A DNA stretch of 64,000 nucleotides from an uncultured Verrucomicrobiae bacterium (GTDB lineage: Bacteria; Verrucomicrobiota; Verrucomicrobiia; Chthoniobacterales; JAATET01): NCBI GenBank assembly GCA_963719495.1, contig CAVRCI010000013.1:256001-320000 (forward strand), in the 5' to 3' direction. Shown here piece by piece: positions 20,819 through 29,924 of this stretch (position 1 is its first letter; every line of letters starts with the position of its first letter). Made by a program: the position numbers and the translations under genes. Below the pieces are notes generated by a model, which was not told the origin of the DNA, did not search any database, and worked only from the letters and a program-made list of their open reading frames with translations.

Positions 20819-21546
20819 AGTCGACCCGTCCCGACGACATTTTCGCCACCACGCGATGGTCCGTCGTGGTCGCGGCGCGCGGCGACGACCACGCCCCGGC
20901 CGCGCGCGCTCTCGAGGAATTGTGCGGCGCGTATTGGTATCCCCTCTACGCCTACGTCCGGCGGCGCGGCCACTCCCGCGAGGACGCCGAGGACCTCACC
21001 CAATCCTTCTTCGCGAAATTCCTGGAGGGAAAAAACCTCTCGGGCCTCGACGCCCAACGCGGCCGATTCCGAGCCTTCCTCCTCGCCGCGCTCAAGCATT
21101 TCCTGGCGAATGAATGGGATAAAACCCAACGCCAAAAGCGCGGCGGCGGCGTCCCTCACCTCTCGCTCGACTGGGGCACGGCCGACTCGCAATTCCAGCT
21201 CGCCGCCAAGGCCACCGTCAGCCCCGACCTGGCGTTCGACCGCGAATGGGCCGTCACCCTCCTCGCCCGCACCCTCGACGATCTCCGCGCGCAAAGCGTC
21301 ACCGAGGGAAACGCCGCGCAGTTCGACCTGCTCAAGCCCTACCTCACCGCCGACGGCGGCGAAGCGCCCCAGGCCGACATCGCCGCCCAGCTCGGGATGG
21401 AGCCGGGGGCGGTCCGCGCCGCCCTCCACCGCCTCCGCCGGCGCTACCGCCAAATCCTCCGCCACGAAGTCGCCGAAACCCTCGCCGACCCCGCGCAAGC
21501 CGACGAAGAATTGCGGGCCTTGTTCGCGGCGTTTCGAGAGAATTGA
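20815..21546 (+). CDS. ECF RNA polymerase sigma-70 factor (STK-associated type)
   Basis: FATTRWSVV, LCGAYWYPLYAYVRRRG, DAEDLTQSFF, GRFRAFL, FDREWA, region 4 HTH; GTGA overlap. Confidence 0.92.
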   Translation: MKSTRPDDIFATTRWSVVVAARGDDHAPAARALEELCGAYWYPLYAYVRRRGHSREDAEDLTQSFFAKFLEGKNLSGLDAQRGRFRAFLLAALKHFLANEWDKTQRQKRGGGVPHLSLDWGTADSQFQLAAKATVSPDLAFDREWAVTLLARTLDDLRAQSVTEGNAAQFDLLKPYLTADGGEAPQADIAAQLGMEPGAVRAALHRLRRRYRQILRHEVAETLADPAQADEELRALFAAFREN

Positions 21547-21571
21547 ATCGAGCCGAAACCAAGAGAGCGCC

Positions 21572-22089
21572 ATGTCGCAATTCATTCCGAAGCGGCCAAA
21601 CAACGACAGCATTCTCCGGGCCATCTGTTCCAACGACGTCGCCCACGCCCGCACGATCCTCGACTCCGAAGGTGGCTCCGCCGCCACGGCGTCTCGGACA
21701 AAAACTCATCGACCGACGCCGAGGCAAAGTCATGAAAGCACCTTCGGCTCCACGGGAAATCCGTTCCCTCTGCGCTCGCAGGGAGCTCACCGAACTACGT
21801 CGAGCGTTGGCCGCCAACCCGAACCTTGCCGCCGATCCACGAAAATCGATACAGCCCTTCCAATCCGGAACCGATCCGGACGCCGGCTTGGAAAAACTAC
21901 GCTCTCGCCGAAGTCCTCCTCGAGCGCGGCTGCGATCCCGATTCCGGTGCCCCCCCTGGACGTTACCCAATGGAAACGGCGCTCGAAGCTGGTCGCCCTG
22001 CTCGCACTTTGAAAAGACGCAATCCACCCTACGCCGCCCGCCCAGGAACCGAGCCGTCAATCCCGCCAGCCCGTACCCGTAAAATGTAA
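21572..22089 (+). pseudogene. Probable frameshifted ankyrin-repeat-like gene remnant
   Basis: Pieces in three frames: ILRAICSNDVAHARTILD / ELRRALAANPNLA / WKNYALAEVLLERGCDPD..PMETALE. Confidence 0.5.
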
Positions 22090-22123
22090 CGGCCGTCACA
22101 TTTTACGGGTACGGGCTGGCGGG
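22062..22123. repeat. 62-bp loop-less palindrome (1 mismatch)
   Basis: CCCGCCAGCCCGTACCCGTAAAATGTAACGG|CCGTCACATTTTACGGGTACGGGCTGGCGGG. Confidence 0.95.
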
Positions 22124-22239
22124 GGAGGAAAAGTTGGGAATTCCGGCGGCACGCCCCTATCTGACATGGGATTGGCTCTTCGACGGCTGGAGATCCTGGC
22201 GCGTGAAACCGGAGAATCCGGCCAAGCGGACGAAGACCG

Positions 22240-22279
22240 CTACCGATAAAACGTAACGGCCGTTACGTTTTATCGGTAG
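22240..22279. repeat. 40-bp perfect palindrome
   Basis: CTACCGATAAAACGTAACGG|CCGTTACGTTTTATCGGTAG. Confidence 0.95.
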
Positions 22280-22420
22280 GAGTCGAGGTGGCTCCCGGCA
22301 GACCCATCGGGCCGGGCGGGGGTTGGGTGAGGGCGGACCGTAAGCGGGGATGCGAGACGGGTTGCGGCCATCGAGCGTGATCCGTTTCGGTGCGCCCCGA
22401 GACTCCCGGGTGACACCTCT

Positions 22421-23917
22421 TTGGCGATAGTGGTTGATCCTCCGCAACACGAACGCACTCCGAATGACCCACCACGATCACCAGTTTCCGCCTCTCGGCT
22501 TGTCCAGTTCCGGCGGGACGCTTATCCTTTCAATGTGGCACCGGACCTCCCAACCACACCGGCGGCGGGAAGCCGGTTGACCCTCGGTTTCGCGTTCTTT
22601 TTGGCGTTCCTGACCGCGATCGACCCCGCGGCGTCCAGCGCGTCGACACTCTACGCGCCGGACGCCGGGCATTCCTGGAATCGCCTTTACTCAGCTCTAT
22701 TGGTCCGAACGTTGCCCGACGGCAATCGGCTGGACGATCTGCTCGATCCTCCGCTTTGGGCCACCTCGCGGCACTTGCTGTCCGGCGACTCCCACCGTGA
22801 AGTGGTGCGGCGGCTGGAGGAGTTTAGCGCTGACGACGCGGCCGTTGACACCGCGACGCCACTTCAGCGCGCCGTTATGCAGCGTGATCTTCTCGGCGTC
22901 TTTCACTGGCTCGTGGCCTACCCGCGCACCGAGTGGACACCCGTCCATCGCGAACTCGCGGCGGCGCTCGCCCGGGCGATCCGCAAGGTCGCCCTCACCG
23001 GGGACGAGATTCGGAACCTGCCAAGCAACTACGCGATGGCCAGCAGCCGCGCGGAGGTGCCAATCGCCCACGACCCGGAAAATCCCGAACGCGCTTTTCT
23101 TCCGGACGACCTGCTCGACGACGACGGCGAGTGGATCGCGCTGGGAAGCGGCTATTTGCTCCCTGCCCCCACTCACTTTCGAGTCTTCGGAGGCCGCTCC
23201 GCCTTCGCGGTCCGAATGCGCCACCCCTCTGGCCGCGCCGCGGGGAAGGATTATCTGCAAACGCTCGCCGGGATGCCCGCGCCTTTCCTCTTCGAACGAC
23301 CTGCCGAATCCGATCGGGGCGACCTCATGCCGCATCGAGATCCGGACCGCGGCCCGTGGGTGAATCCCGCGACACCGCAGCTTCCGGTCGGCACGGCCTG
23401 GGCTCTGGTCCGCCAGGCCGTGCTCGCCGACGTCGTGGGCCGCCCCGTGCTCGCCCCCCTCGTCGAGAGCGTCCAGATTCGCGTCTACTTCGCGATGGAA
23501 CGCGACGCCCTCGGGGCGCAGCATTTTTTCGAGTGGGAAATGAGCCGCCATCTTCTCTTCGACGGGGGTGGCTTCCACCTGACCTCGGCTCCCGACCAGC
23601 GGTTCTCGCACTTTCTGACGCACGAGACCGACCCGTTCGAAGCGGATCCGGCCCCTCGGATCACAGGACACAAACCACCCACCCGACTCAACTGCTTCAC
23701 CTGCCACGGCGGCGTCGGCATTCACTCCGTGTTGAGCCGCGCCCGGTTGTTCGAACCGCTGCAGGCTCGACCGCCCGAGTTCCGAAGCGTCACCGCCGAG
23801 CGCATCGCCCAGGTGACCGAGACCGCCGCGACGGAAATGACGGGCTGGGAATTGCTCGCCTGGCTGTGGCCGGATCAACCGCCGCCGACCGCGGAGCTCC
23901 CCGCCGGGAACGACTGA
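22421..23917 (+). CDS. Exported hypothetical protein with a single CxxCH heme-binding motif (true start probably nearer 22535)
   Basis: Hydrophobic signal-like stretch LTLGFAFFLAFLTA; LNCFTCHGG near the C-terminus. Confidence 0.7.
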   Translation: MAIVVDPPQHERTPNDPPRSPVSASRLVQFRRDAYPFNVAPDLPTTPAAGSRLTLGFAFFLAFLTAIDPAASSASTLYAPDAGHSWNRLYSALLVRTLPDGNRLDDLLDPPLWATSRHLLSGDSHREVVRRLEEFSADDAAVDTATPLQRAVMQRDLLGVFHWLVAYPRTEWTPVHRELAAALARAIRKVALTGDEIRNLPSNYAMASSRAEVPIAHDPENPERAFLPDDLLDDDGEWIALGSGYLLPAPTHFRVFGGRSAFAVRMRHPSGRAAGKDYLQTLAGMPAPFLFERPAESDRGDLMPHRDPDRGPWVNPATPQLPVGTAWALVRQAVLADVVGRPVLAPLVESVQIRVYFAMERDALGAQHFFEWEMSRHLLFDGGGFHLTSAPDQRFSHFLTHETDPFEADPAPRITGHKPPTRLNCFTCHGGVGIHSVLSRARLFEPLQARPPEFRSVTAERIAQVTETAATEMTGWELLAWLWPDQPPPTAELPAGND

Positions 23918-23990
23918 CATTCGCCGGGCGAAGCGAACGATTCCGCCGACAGGACCCCGCTCCAACCGACGTCGGCTGGCCCGTCGAAAA

Positions 23991-24310
23991 TTACGACGCG
24001 TTCGCCGCTGTTTTCTGAACGATCAAATAGAGGTGCATCTCGGGGTGCTGATCGTATTCCAAATGCCGGCAGACGCAGCTGTGCCCAGCGACCACTTCCA
24101 GCAGCCGCGGGATTCCCGGTGCGGCGTGGTAGAGCGGCTGGCCATGAAACGGATTGCAGACCTCGCCGGGAGCATCGACGCCGCCGCTGGTGAAGATCAG
24201 CACCCCGCCGTCGGTCAGACCACGGCAGAGCTTGGCCAGGACGGCCTCCTGGCATTCCAACGGAACGTGCCAGACGCTGTCCCAAGCCGAGATGAAGTCG
24301 TAACCCCGGG
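23991..24310 (-). pseudogene. C-terminal remnant of a class I SAM-dependent methyltransferase
   Basis: YDFISAWDSVWHVPLECQEAVLAKLCRGLTDGGVLIFTSGG..CRHLEYDQHPE; no N-terminal GxG SAM-binding half upstream. Confidence 0.65.
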
Positions 24311-24431
24311 GGTAGAGTGGGCGGAAGCTCCGCGGCCCAGCACATTGAGTCGTGTCCGTCCGCGTTTTCGAACTTCCGATTTCGCGGCCTCCCCGTTACC
24401 ACCGATCCGATGATGAGGGAGGACGTTTTCG

Positions 24432-25604
24432 ATGAATGATCTTCGCGCCGCCGCGGACTCGGTTTTTTCCTACGTCGCCCGCACAGCCGAGAAGGTCGAC
24501 GGCGGCTACCGCTGGAGGACCCTCGATTACTCGGACGAGCCTCACCATCATTTCAGCCTCTTCAACGGCGTCGCCGGGATCTCGCTCTTCCTTCGCGACT
24601 ACCATCTGCTGACAAAAAATCCCGACGCCCTCGAACTGGCCTGGGGTGCCCTGCGGTGGTGTGAACGGTCGAACCCGGAGGAGGGCGACTTTGAGCGCGG
24701 CCTCTACCTCGGTCGCACGGGTGTGGCCTACGCCTACCTCCACCTCGCTGAGTTGACTCCAAACGATCCACTCCCGAGCCTCTGCCGGTCCAACGCCGAC
24801 CACATCCTGAGCGAACCACCGGGACCCGTGACCGATTTTCTCGGCGGGGAAGCGTCGAATGGTTGGTATCTGCTCGAGCTTTGGAAAAAGACCGCCGATC
24901 GGCGATACCTGAACGGAGCGGTCCGGTGCGGACGGTGGATCTCCGACCATTCGACGCGCGATGAGTTCGGATCGCGCTGCCTCATCCGTCCGGACGGCGA
25001 GATGGGAACCACAGCTTACCTCGGACTGAGTCACGGGATCGCCGGAGTGGCGTATTTCTATTCGCTTCTCTACCGCCAAACGCGCGACGAGCAGTGGCTG
25101 AGCCTCGCCCGGGAGCTTCTCGACACGCTGATTCGCCACGCCATTCCGGCGAAGGGAGGACTCAACTGGACTCCGCGAATCGGCGGAACCGAACTGACCC
25201 GCTGTCAATACAGCCATGGCGCGGTCGGGATCGGACTGGTCTTCTGTCTGCTATCAACCGTCTTGGAAGACCCCCGCCTTCTGGCCGTGGCCGAGGAGGC
25301 GGCGGAAGCGTCGTATCGATACGGTGATCTTCGGCGGAACCCGACCCTCTGCACGGGTCTCGCGGGCAGCGGGCAGCTCTTCGTCGAGATGTATCGCGTC
25401 ACCGACGACGTCCGCTGGTGGGATCGAGCGCGGGAATTCGCCCGAATGGCGATCTCCTACCGATCAGCCTCGAGCGACGGCGACAGTTGGCCCACCGACA
25501 CCGCCGGCCGCTTCTCCCCCGACTACACCTACGGTGCGGCCGGCACGGGACACTTTCTGCTCCGCACCCTGAGTCCGCACGAATTCAGTCTGCCGCTTTT
25601 CTGA
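24432..25604 (+). CDS. Stand-alone lanthionine synthetase C-like (LanC-like) protein
   Basis: Repeated barrel motifs LFNGVAGI, LYLGRTGV, FLGGEAS, GLSHGIAG, YSHGAVGIG, LCTGLAG, YTYGAAGTG. Confidence 0.85.
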   Translation: MNDLRAAADSVFSYVARTAEKVDGGYRWRTLDYSDEPHHHFSLFNGVAGISLFLRDYHLLTKNPDALELAWGALRWCERSNPEEGDFERGLYLGRTGVAYAYLHLAELTPNDPLPSLCRSNADHILSEPPGPVTDFLGGEASNGWYLLELWKKTADRRYLNGAVRCGRWISDHSTRDEFGSRCLIRPDGEMGTTAYLGLSHGIAGVAYFYSLLYRQTRDEQWLSLARELLDTLIRHAIPAKGGLNWTPRIGGTELTRCQYSHGAVGIGLVFCLLSTVLEDPRLLAVAEEAAEASYRYGDLRRNPTLCTGLAGSGQLFVEMYRVTDDVRWWDRAREFARMAISYRSASSDGDSWPTDTAGRFSPDYTYGAAGTGHFLLRTLSPHEFSLPLF

Positions 25605-25732
25605 GCTTCAGGCATTCACTCGTCTCCCGAGGCCACTCGATCCTCGAGCGCCAGCTCCGCCCCGTGTCGCCGATCGATCTCCCGCCTGGCTGTCGGCTCA
25701 CTCGTCGACCCCTCGATCTAAATCTAGGAATG

Positions 25733-25862
25733 GACAGGATTTTCGGGATTGAAAGGATTGAATTTCAGTGACTTCGAACAAAATCACCGCTCGCTCACAG
25801 GGCGACCGATCCCCGCCTCACAAGCCATTCCTTATCATCCTGTTAATCCTGTAAATCCTGTC
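25733..25862. repeat. Palindromic element with ACAGGATT/AATCCTGT nonamer-like units
   Basis: GACAGGATTTTCGGGATTGAAAGGAT ... ATCCTGTTAATCCTGTAAATCCTGTC. Confidence 0.75.
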
Positions 25863-25917
25863 TCAATTTCCTTTCGAGGCTCGTTCTTTCGTTCGGCGGC
25901 GATCCCAGATAGGAACG

Positions 25918-25942
25918 CGGCTCGGCGGGAGCCTTGCCCTCC
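25918..25942 (+). repeat. REP-like element family B
   Basis: CGGCTCGGCGGGAGCCTTGCCCTCC; copies at 8948 and, inverted, at 61276. Confidence 0.8.
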
Positions 25943-26017
25943 GGGTTTGGATTTGCGCCTTCGAAATCTCGCTTGCCAATTCGCGGCGCTCGGCTAGTTT
26001 TTCAGCTCCCAATTCGC

Positions 26018-26090
26018 GGGGTCTTAGCTCAGTTGGTAGAGCGCCTCAATGGCATTGAGGAGGTCAGCGGTTCGATCCCGCTAGGCTCCA
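26018..26090 (+). tRNA. tRNA-Ala(GGC), CCA not encoded
   Basis: GGGGTCT/AGGCTCC acceptor with G3:U70, D arm TAGCTCAGTTGGTAGAGC, anticodon stem CCTCA/TGAGG with GGC, T loop GGTTCGATCC. Confidence 0.97.
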
Positions 26091-26156
26091 CTCCCCCGAA
26101 ATCGTCGCGGTGCGACAATCGGTTTTGGTGACTTCGGTCAGCCGCCAACCGGGGTC

Positions 26157-26582
26157 CTACATTGGGACGGCTTTCCAAATCAGGAAACCGATCGTCGCCA
26201 GAATGAGGCAGAGAATCAAAAACTGCGCCCGCGCCAGATTGCGCTCGGACCGCCGGGCGCGCTTCCGTTTCGGAACGTCCCGGGAACTGCCGTATTTGTC
26301 GCGCAAGCCGGCTCCGCCCCGGGACATCGTGCCGGCCGAAGCCACGTCGATCCGGATCGGATCGCGTTGCTTTTTTTTCCGCGCGGCCTCGCGTGCCGGT
26401 GCCTGCTGGATCATTTGCTCGAGCCTCGCGGCCTTGCGCTTGAGCTTTTCCTGATCCTCGAGCAACCGCCGATGCTCGGCGCTCACCGCGTCGTCCCGCT
26501 TGCCAGCCGCGGGCCGACTCGTCTTCGCACGTCGGACTGGACGCTTTTCAGCGGAATCTCGTGAGGTGGGCTTCCTTGGCAT
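26157..26582 (-). CDS. Hypothetical basic coiled-coil protein with C-terminal TM helix
   Basis: ORF with coiled coil EHRRLLEDQEKLKRKAARLEQ and hydrophobic tail; co-oriented with neighbours. Confidence 0.7.
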   Translation of the reverse strand: MPRKPTSRDSAEKRPVRRAKTSRPAAGKRDDAVSAEHRRLLEDQEKLKRKAARLEQMIQQAPAREAARKKKQRDPIRIDVASAGTMSRGGAGLRDKYGSSRDVPKRKRARRSERNLARAQFLILCLILATIGFLIWKAVPM

Positions 26583-26591
26583 AACTTCGCG

Positions 26592-27215
26592 CTACCGCCC
26601 TCCTCCGCTCTGCGACAGGAAGAGGATCGCAACCAGGATGACTGCCAGCACCATCAGCGGGAGCGTGAAAGCAAAACCCGCCGTCAACCAGTAGGTGAAT
26701 CCCTTCTCGGCCCCGCCGTAATATTCGTCGTATTCCCCACCCGCCGAAGCCACGTGCTCTTCGCCGATCTCGGCGGCGATCTTGGCGTTCAGTTTGAGGT
26801 GCTCCGCCCGGGCGTCGTCGACCGAGCTGAGTGCCTTGCTCAATTCCTTGGAAAGTTCCTGACCGGTCCAGAGCTTCGGGTTGATGTCCTCCATCGTCTG
26901 GAGGTGGGATCCGAAGGTCTCGTGAATGAGATTCAACTGCTCGAGGCGCTTCTGCGATTCCTCGGTCTCGCGCTCGATCACGACCACCGACCGCGTCAGC
27001 TTGTCGATCATCTCGGCCCGACCGTCTTCGAGGTCCTCCTGCCGACGGCTCAGCTCTTCCAGCCGCGCCTTGTCCTTTTCGATCTGCTCCGAGCGACGCT
27101 TCAGCTCGCCCAACTCGGCCTGCGCACGCTGGACCTGGGATTCCAATTCCTCCGTCGACTCGTCGCCGTCGAAATCCAAATCATCGTCGTCCTCGTCTCG
27201 TCCTCTGGTCGGCAT
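26592..27215 (-). CDS. Hypothetical coiled-coil protein with C-terminal TM helix
   Basis: Acidic N-terminus, long heptad region, TM tail; ATG at 27215. Confidence 0.8.
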   Translation of the reverse strand: MPTRGRDEDDDDLDFDGDESTEELESQVQRAQAELGELKRRSEQIEKDKARLEELSRRQEDLEDGRAEMIDKLTRSVVVIERETEESQKRLEQLNLIHETFGSHLQTMEDINPKLWTGQELSKELSKALSSVDDARAEHLKLNAKIAAEIGEEHVASAGGEYDEYYGGAEKGFTYWLTAGFAFTLPLMVLAVILVAILFLSQSGGGR

Positions 27216-27250
27216 GCTTGAAAGCTTTACCGGCGAAGGATAGCGCGACC

Positions 27251-27283
27251 AAATCCAAATTCCAAAATCCAAATTCCAAAATT
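27251..27283 (+). repeat. Heptamer tandem repeat AAATCCA/AATTCCA, intergenic
   Basis: aaatcca aattcca aaatcca aattcca aaatt. Confidence 0.85.
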
Positions 27284-27287
27284 TGCA

Positions 27288-28457
27288 TCACCGCCCCGGC
27301 ATCAACTCAAGCAGGTAACCCTTGAGGTAGGCGGTCTCCGGCAAATGCAGCACCGCCGGGTGATCCGCCGCCTGGTCGAACGTCGCAACGAGCCGGGCCG
27401 ATCGCCGCGCATCGAGCAGTCCGGCCCGCGCGGAGTCCAGAAACGCCTCGGGCGAGACGTGATGCGAGCAGGAAAATGTCGCCAGCAACCCGCCCGGTTC
27501 CAGCAAAAGCGACGCCTGCCGGTGCAGGTCGCGGTAACCCCGCATCGCGTCGTTGACCTTGCCCTTGCCCTTGGTGAAGGACGGCGGGTCGAGAATCACG
27601 AAATCGTGGCGCTCCTTCGCCGAATCGGCCTTCCGGAGAAAATGGAACACGTCGGCGCGCTCCGCCCGCACGTCGAGGTCGTTCGCCGCCGCGTTGGCGA
27701 CCAATTGGGCGTGACTTTCCTCCCCGGACTCGACCGCCACGACCCCCGCGGCCCCCGCTTTCGCGCAGGCCAGGGCGAATCCACCCTGATTCGCAAAACA
27801 GTCCAGCACCCGTCGCCCGGTGGCGTGCTTCGCCACGTCGGCGTAGTTTTCCACCTGATCGAGGTAGAATCCCGTTTTCTGGCCAGCCAGCAAATCGACC
27901 GCAAACCGCACGCCGCCGATCTCGACCGACTGGGACGCCTCCGGCTCGCCTGCCAGCACGCCAACCGCACTTTCCATCCCTTCGAGGCTTCGCACGGGCG
28001 CGTCGTTTCGCTCGATCACGCCCCGCGCCCCGGTCAGCGCCATGAGCACCTCGGCGATCTCGGTCTTCCGATTGTCCATCGCCAGCGTCAGAGTCTGGAG
28101 CACGACCGTCGTCCCGTATTGGTCGGCAATCACCCCGGGCAGCCCGTCGCTTTCACTCCAAACCAACCGCCGAAGATCGGCCCTGCACCCCCGCCGGTCC
28201 CGCACCTCGATGGCCTGCGTGATCCGCCGCTCGAAGAAATCCCGGTCCAAATCCTGCCGCCGCCGCGAGATCCGCCGCACGGTGATCTGCGATTTCGAGT
28301 TGTAAATCCCCACGCCGAGCAGTTTGTCGCGCCCGTCCTTGATCGAGACCACATCGCCATCGGCTGGCGACCCGAACGTCTTGAGAATTTCGGTCCCGTA
28401 AACCCAATCGTGCCCAACGAGAACCCGCGACCGAGGCCGCACCACCACACCCGCCAT
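27288..28457 (-). CDS. RlmI-like class I SAM-dependent rRNA methyltransferase
   Basis: PUA-like GHDWVY, SESDGLPG, GQKTGFYLDQ, VLDCF..GGF, ILDPPSF, SCS, ETAYLKG. Confidence 0.92.
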   Translation of the reverse strand: MAGVVVRPRSRVLVGHDWVYGTEILKTFGSPADGDVVSIKDGRDKLLGVGIYNSKSQITVRRISRRRQDLDRDFFERRITQAIEVRDRRGCRADLRRLVWSESDGLPGVIADQYGTTVVLQTLTLAMDNRKTEIAEVLMALTGARGVIERNDAPVRSLEGMESAVGVLAGEPEASQSVEIGGVRFAVDLLAGQKTGFYLDQVENYADVAKHATGRRVLDCFANQGGFALACAKAGAAGVVAVESGEESHAQLVANAAANDLDVRAERADVFHFLRKADSAKERHDFVILDPPSFTKGKGKVNDAMRGYRDLHRQASLLLEPGGLLATFSCSHHVSPEAFLDSARAGLLDARRSARLVATFDQAADHPAVLHLPETAYLKGYLLELMPGR

Positions 28458-28470
28458 TACGCCACTCCCC

Positions 28471-28574
28471 TTCTCTTACTCATAATCCTAATCCTTGTCC
28501 TTCTCCCCGGCACTGACGCCGTGGGCCCAATGAAAGAATGAGTAAGACGAAGATTAGGATTAAGAGAAAGAGAA
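28471..28574. repeat. AT-rich inverted element of hexamer-like units between kamA and rlmI
   Basis: TTCTCTTACTCATAATCCTAATCCTT ... GAGTAAGACGAAGATTAGGATTAAGAGAAAGAGAA. Confidence 0.7.
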
Positions 28575-28580
28575 CAATCG

Positions 28581-29780
28581 CTACGCGTCGCAGGTTTCCG
28601 CCGCCGGAACTTCCGAAGGCGTCGCCCTTGCTTCCGCGTTCCCCGGCTCAGGGTATTCGAAAATCTTCCCCTCGTAGTTTCGAATCACGACTTTCTCCTC
28701 GTCGTGGTAGAGCACGTATCCCGGATTGATCGGCACCTTTCCGCCCCCGCCCGGCGCGTCGATCACGAACTGCGGCACGGCGTAACCCGTCGTGTGCCCA
28801 CGGAGCGCTTCGATGATCTCGACGCCCTTTGCCACGGAACTCCTCAAGTGCGCCGACCCCTTGATGAGATCACACTGGTAGAGGTAATACGGGCGCACCC
28901 GGCAGCGCAGGAGCTTGTGGATGAGGTCGCGCATCGTGTCGACGTCGTCGTTCACGCCCTTGAGGAGCACGCTCTGGTTCCCCAGCGGCACACCGTGATC
29001 CGCCAACCGGCCGAGCGCCTCTTGCACCTCGGTCGTCAGCTCACGCGGATGGTTCACGTGGATGCTCATCCAGAGCGGATGATACTTCTGCAGCATTTTG
29101 CAGAGCTCCGGCGTGATTCGTTGCGGCAGAAAAATGGGCACCCGGCTGCCGATGCGCAGGAACTCGATGTGCTTGATCGACCGCAGCCGTTTGAGGATGA
29201 ACTCGAGCTTGTCGTCGGAAAAAAGCAGCGCGTCGCCGCCGGAGAGCAACACGTCCCGCACCTCGGTGTGCCGCTCGAGATACGCGAAGGCCTCTTCGAA
29301 ATTCGTGTGCAGTTCCTGCTCACCCGCGCCGCTCACCACCCGCGCCCGCGTGCAATACCGGCAATAGGACGCGCACCGATCCGTCACCAGAAAGAGCACC
29401 CGGTCCGGATACCGATGGACGAGTCCCGGCACCGGCATGTGCCCGTCCTCGCCGCACGGGTCGGCCATCTCCCACGGAGCGGTCTGCGATTCCCCCACGT
29501 TCGGGATGACCTGGCGACGGATCGGGCAGTCCGGGTCGTTCGGGTCGATGAGGTTGAAAAAGTGCGGCGTCACCGCGAAAGCCAGCTTGCTGCCGGAGAG
29601 GATCACGCCCGCTCGCTCGTCGGCGCTCAGTTTCAGATGCCCCTCGAGTTGATCGAGCTTCGTGACGCGATTGCGCAGCTGCCACTTCCAGTCGTTCCAC
29701 TTCTCCGCCTCCACCTCCGGCCAGAAACCGGGTGCGTGGGATTGAAAATCCGTGGGAGGGGAAGCGAGCTCAGATTGCAT
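28581..29780 (-). CDS. kamA: KamA family radical SAM enzyme (lysine 2,3-aminomutase-like)
   Basis: WNDWKWQ, HRYPDRVL, CASYCRYCTR, LSGGD, NQSVLLKGVND, DAPGGGGK. Confidence 0.92.
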   Translation of the reverse strand: MQSELASPPTDFQSHAPGFWPEVEAEKWNDWKWQLRNRVTKLDQLEGHLKLSADERAGVILSGSKLAFAVTPHFFNLIDPNDPDCPIRRQVIPNVGESQTAPWEMADPCGEDGHMPVPGLVHRYPDRVLFLVTDRCASYCRYCTRARVVSGAGEQELHTNFEEAFAYLERHTEVRDVLLSGGDALLFSDDKLEFILKRLRSIKHIEFLRIGSRVPIFLPQRITPELCKMLQKYHPLWMSIHVNHPRELTTEVQEALGRLADHGVPLGNQSVLLKGVNDDVDTMRDLIHKLLRCRVRPYYLYQCDLIKGSAHLRSSVAKGVEIIEALRGHTTGYAVPQFVIDAPGGGGKVPINPGYVLYHDEEKVVIRNYEGKIFEYPEPGNAEARATPSEVPAAETCDA

Positions 29781-29924
29781 GGTCAGAAATACGAATTGAA
29801 AACGGTAGGCAGCCGTCAACAAATGTCAAAGATCGAATTTGATCGAACAAAGTCCCTTGATCTTCGCGAGACCCGCGACGAAACTTCAACTCGCGCCATT
29901 TGGCGCAACCAAAACCCACAATCC

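Noticed and set aside
22062..22279. Palindrome pair as a mini CRISPR array
   Set aside because: Only two units, different outer arms, 116-bp spacing, no cas genes.
24432..25604. Lanthipeptide gene cluster
   Set aside because: No precursor, dehydratase, transporter or protease nearby; kept only as an orphan LanC-like gene.
18170..26090. Accessory block as a tRNA-Ala-integrated island
   Set aside because: It lies 5' of the tRNA, has no integrase, and no duplicated tRNA 3' end was found.
28581..29780. kamA as EF-P modification enzyme EpmB
   Set aside because: No efp or epmA adjacent, and the ~400-aa sequence with WNDWKWQ fits the KamA type; substrate remains unproven.
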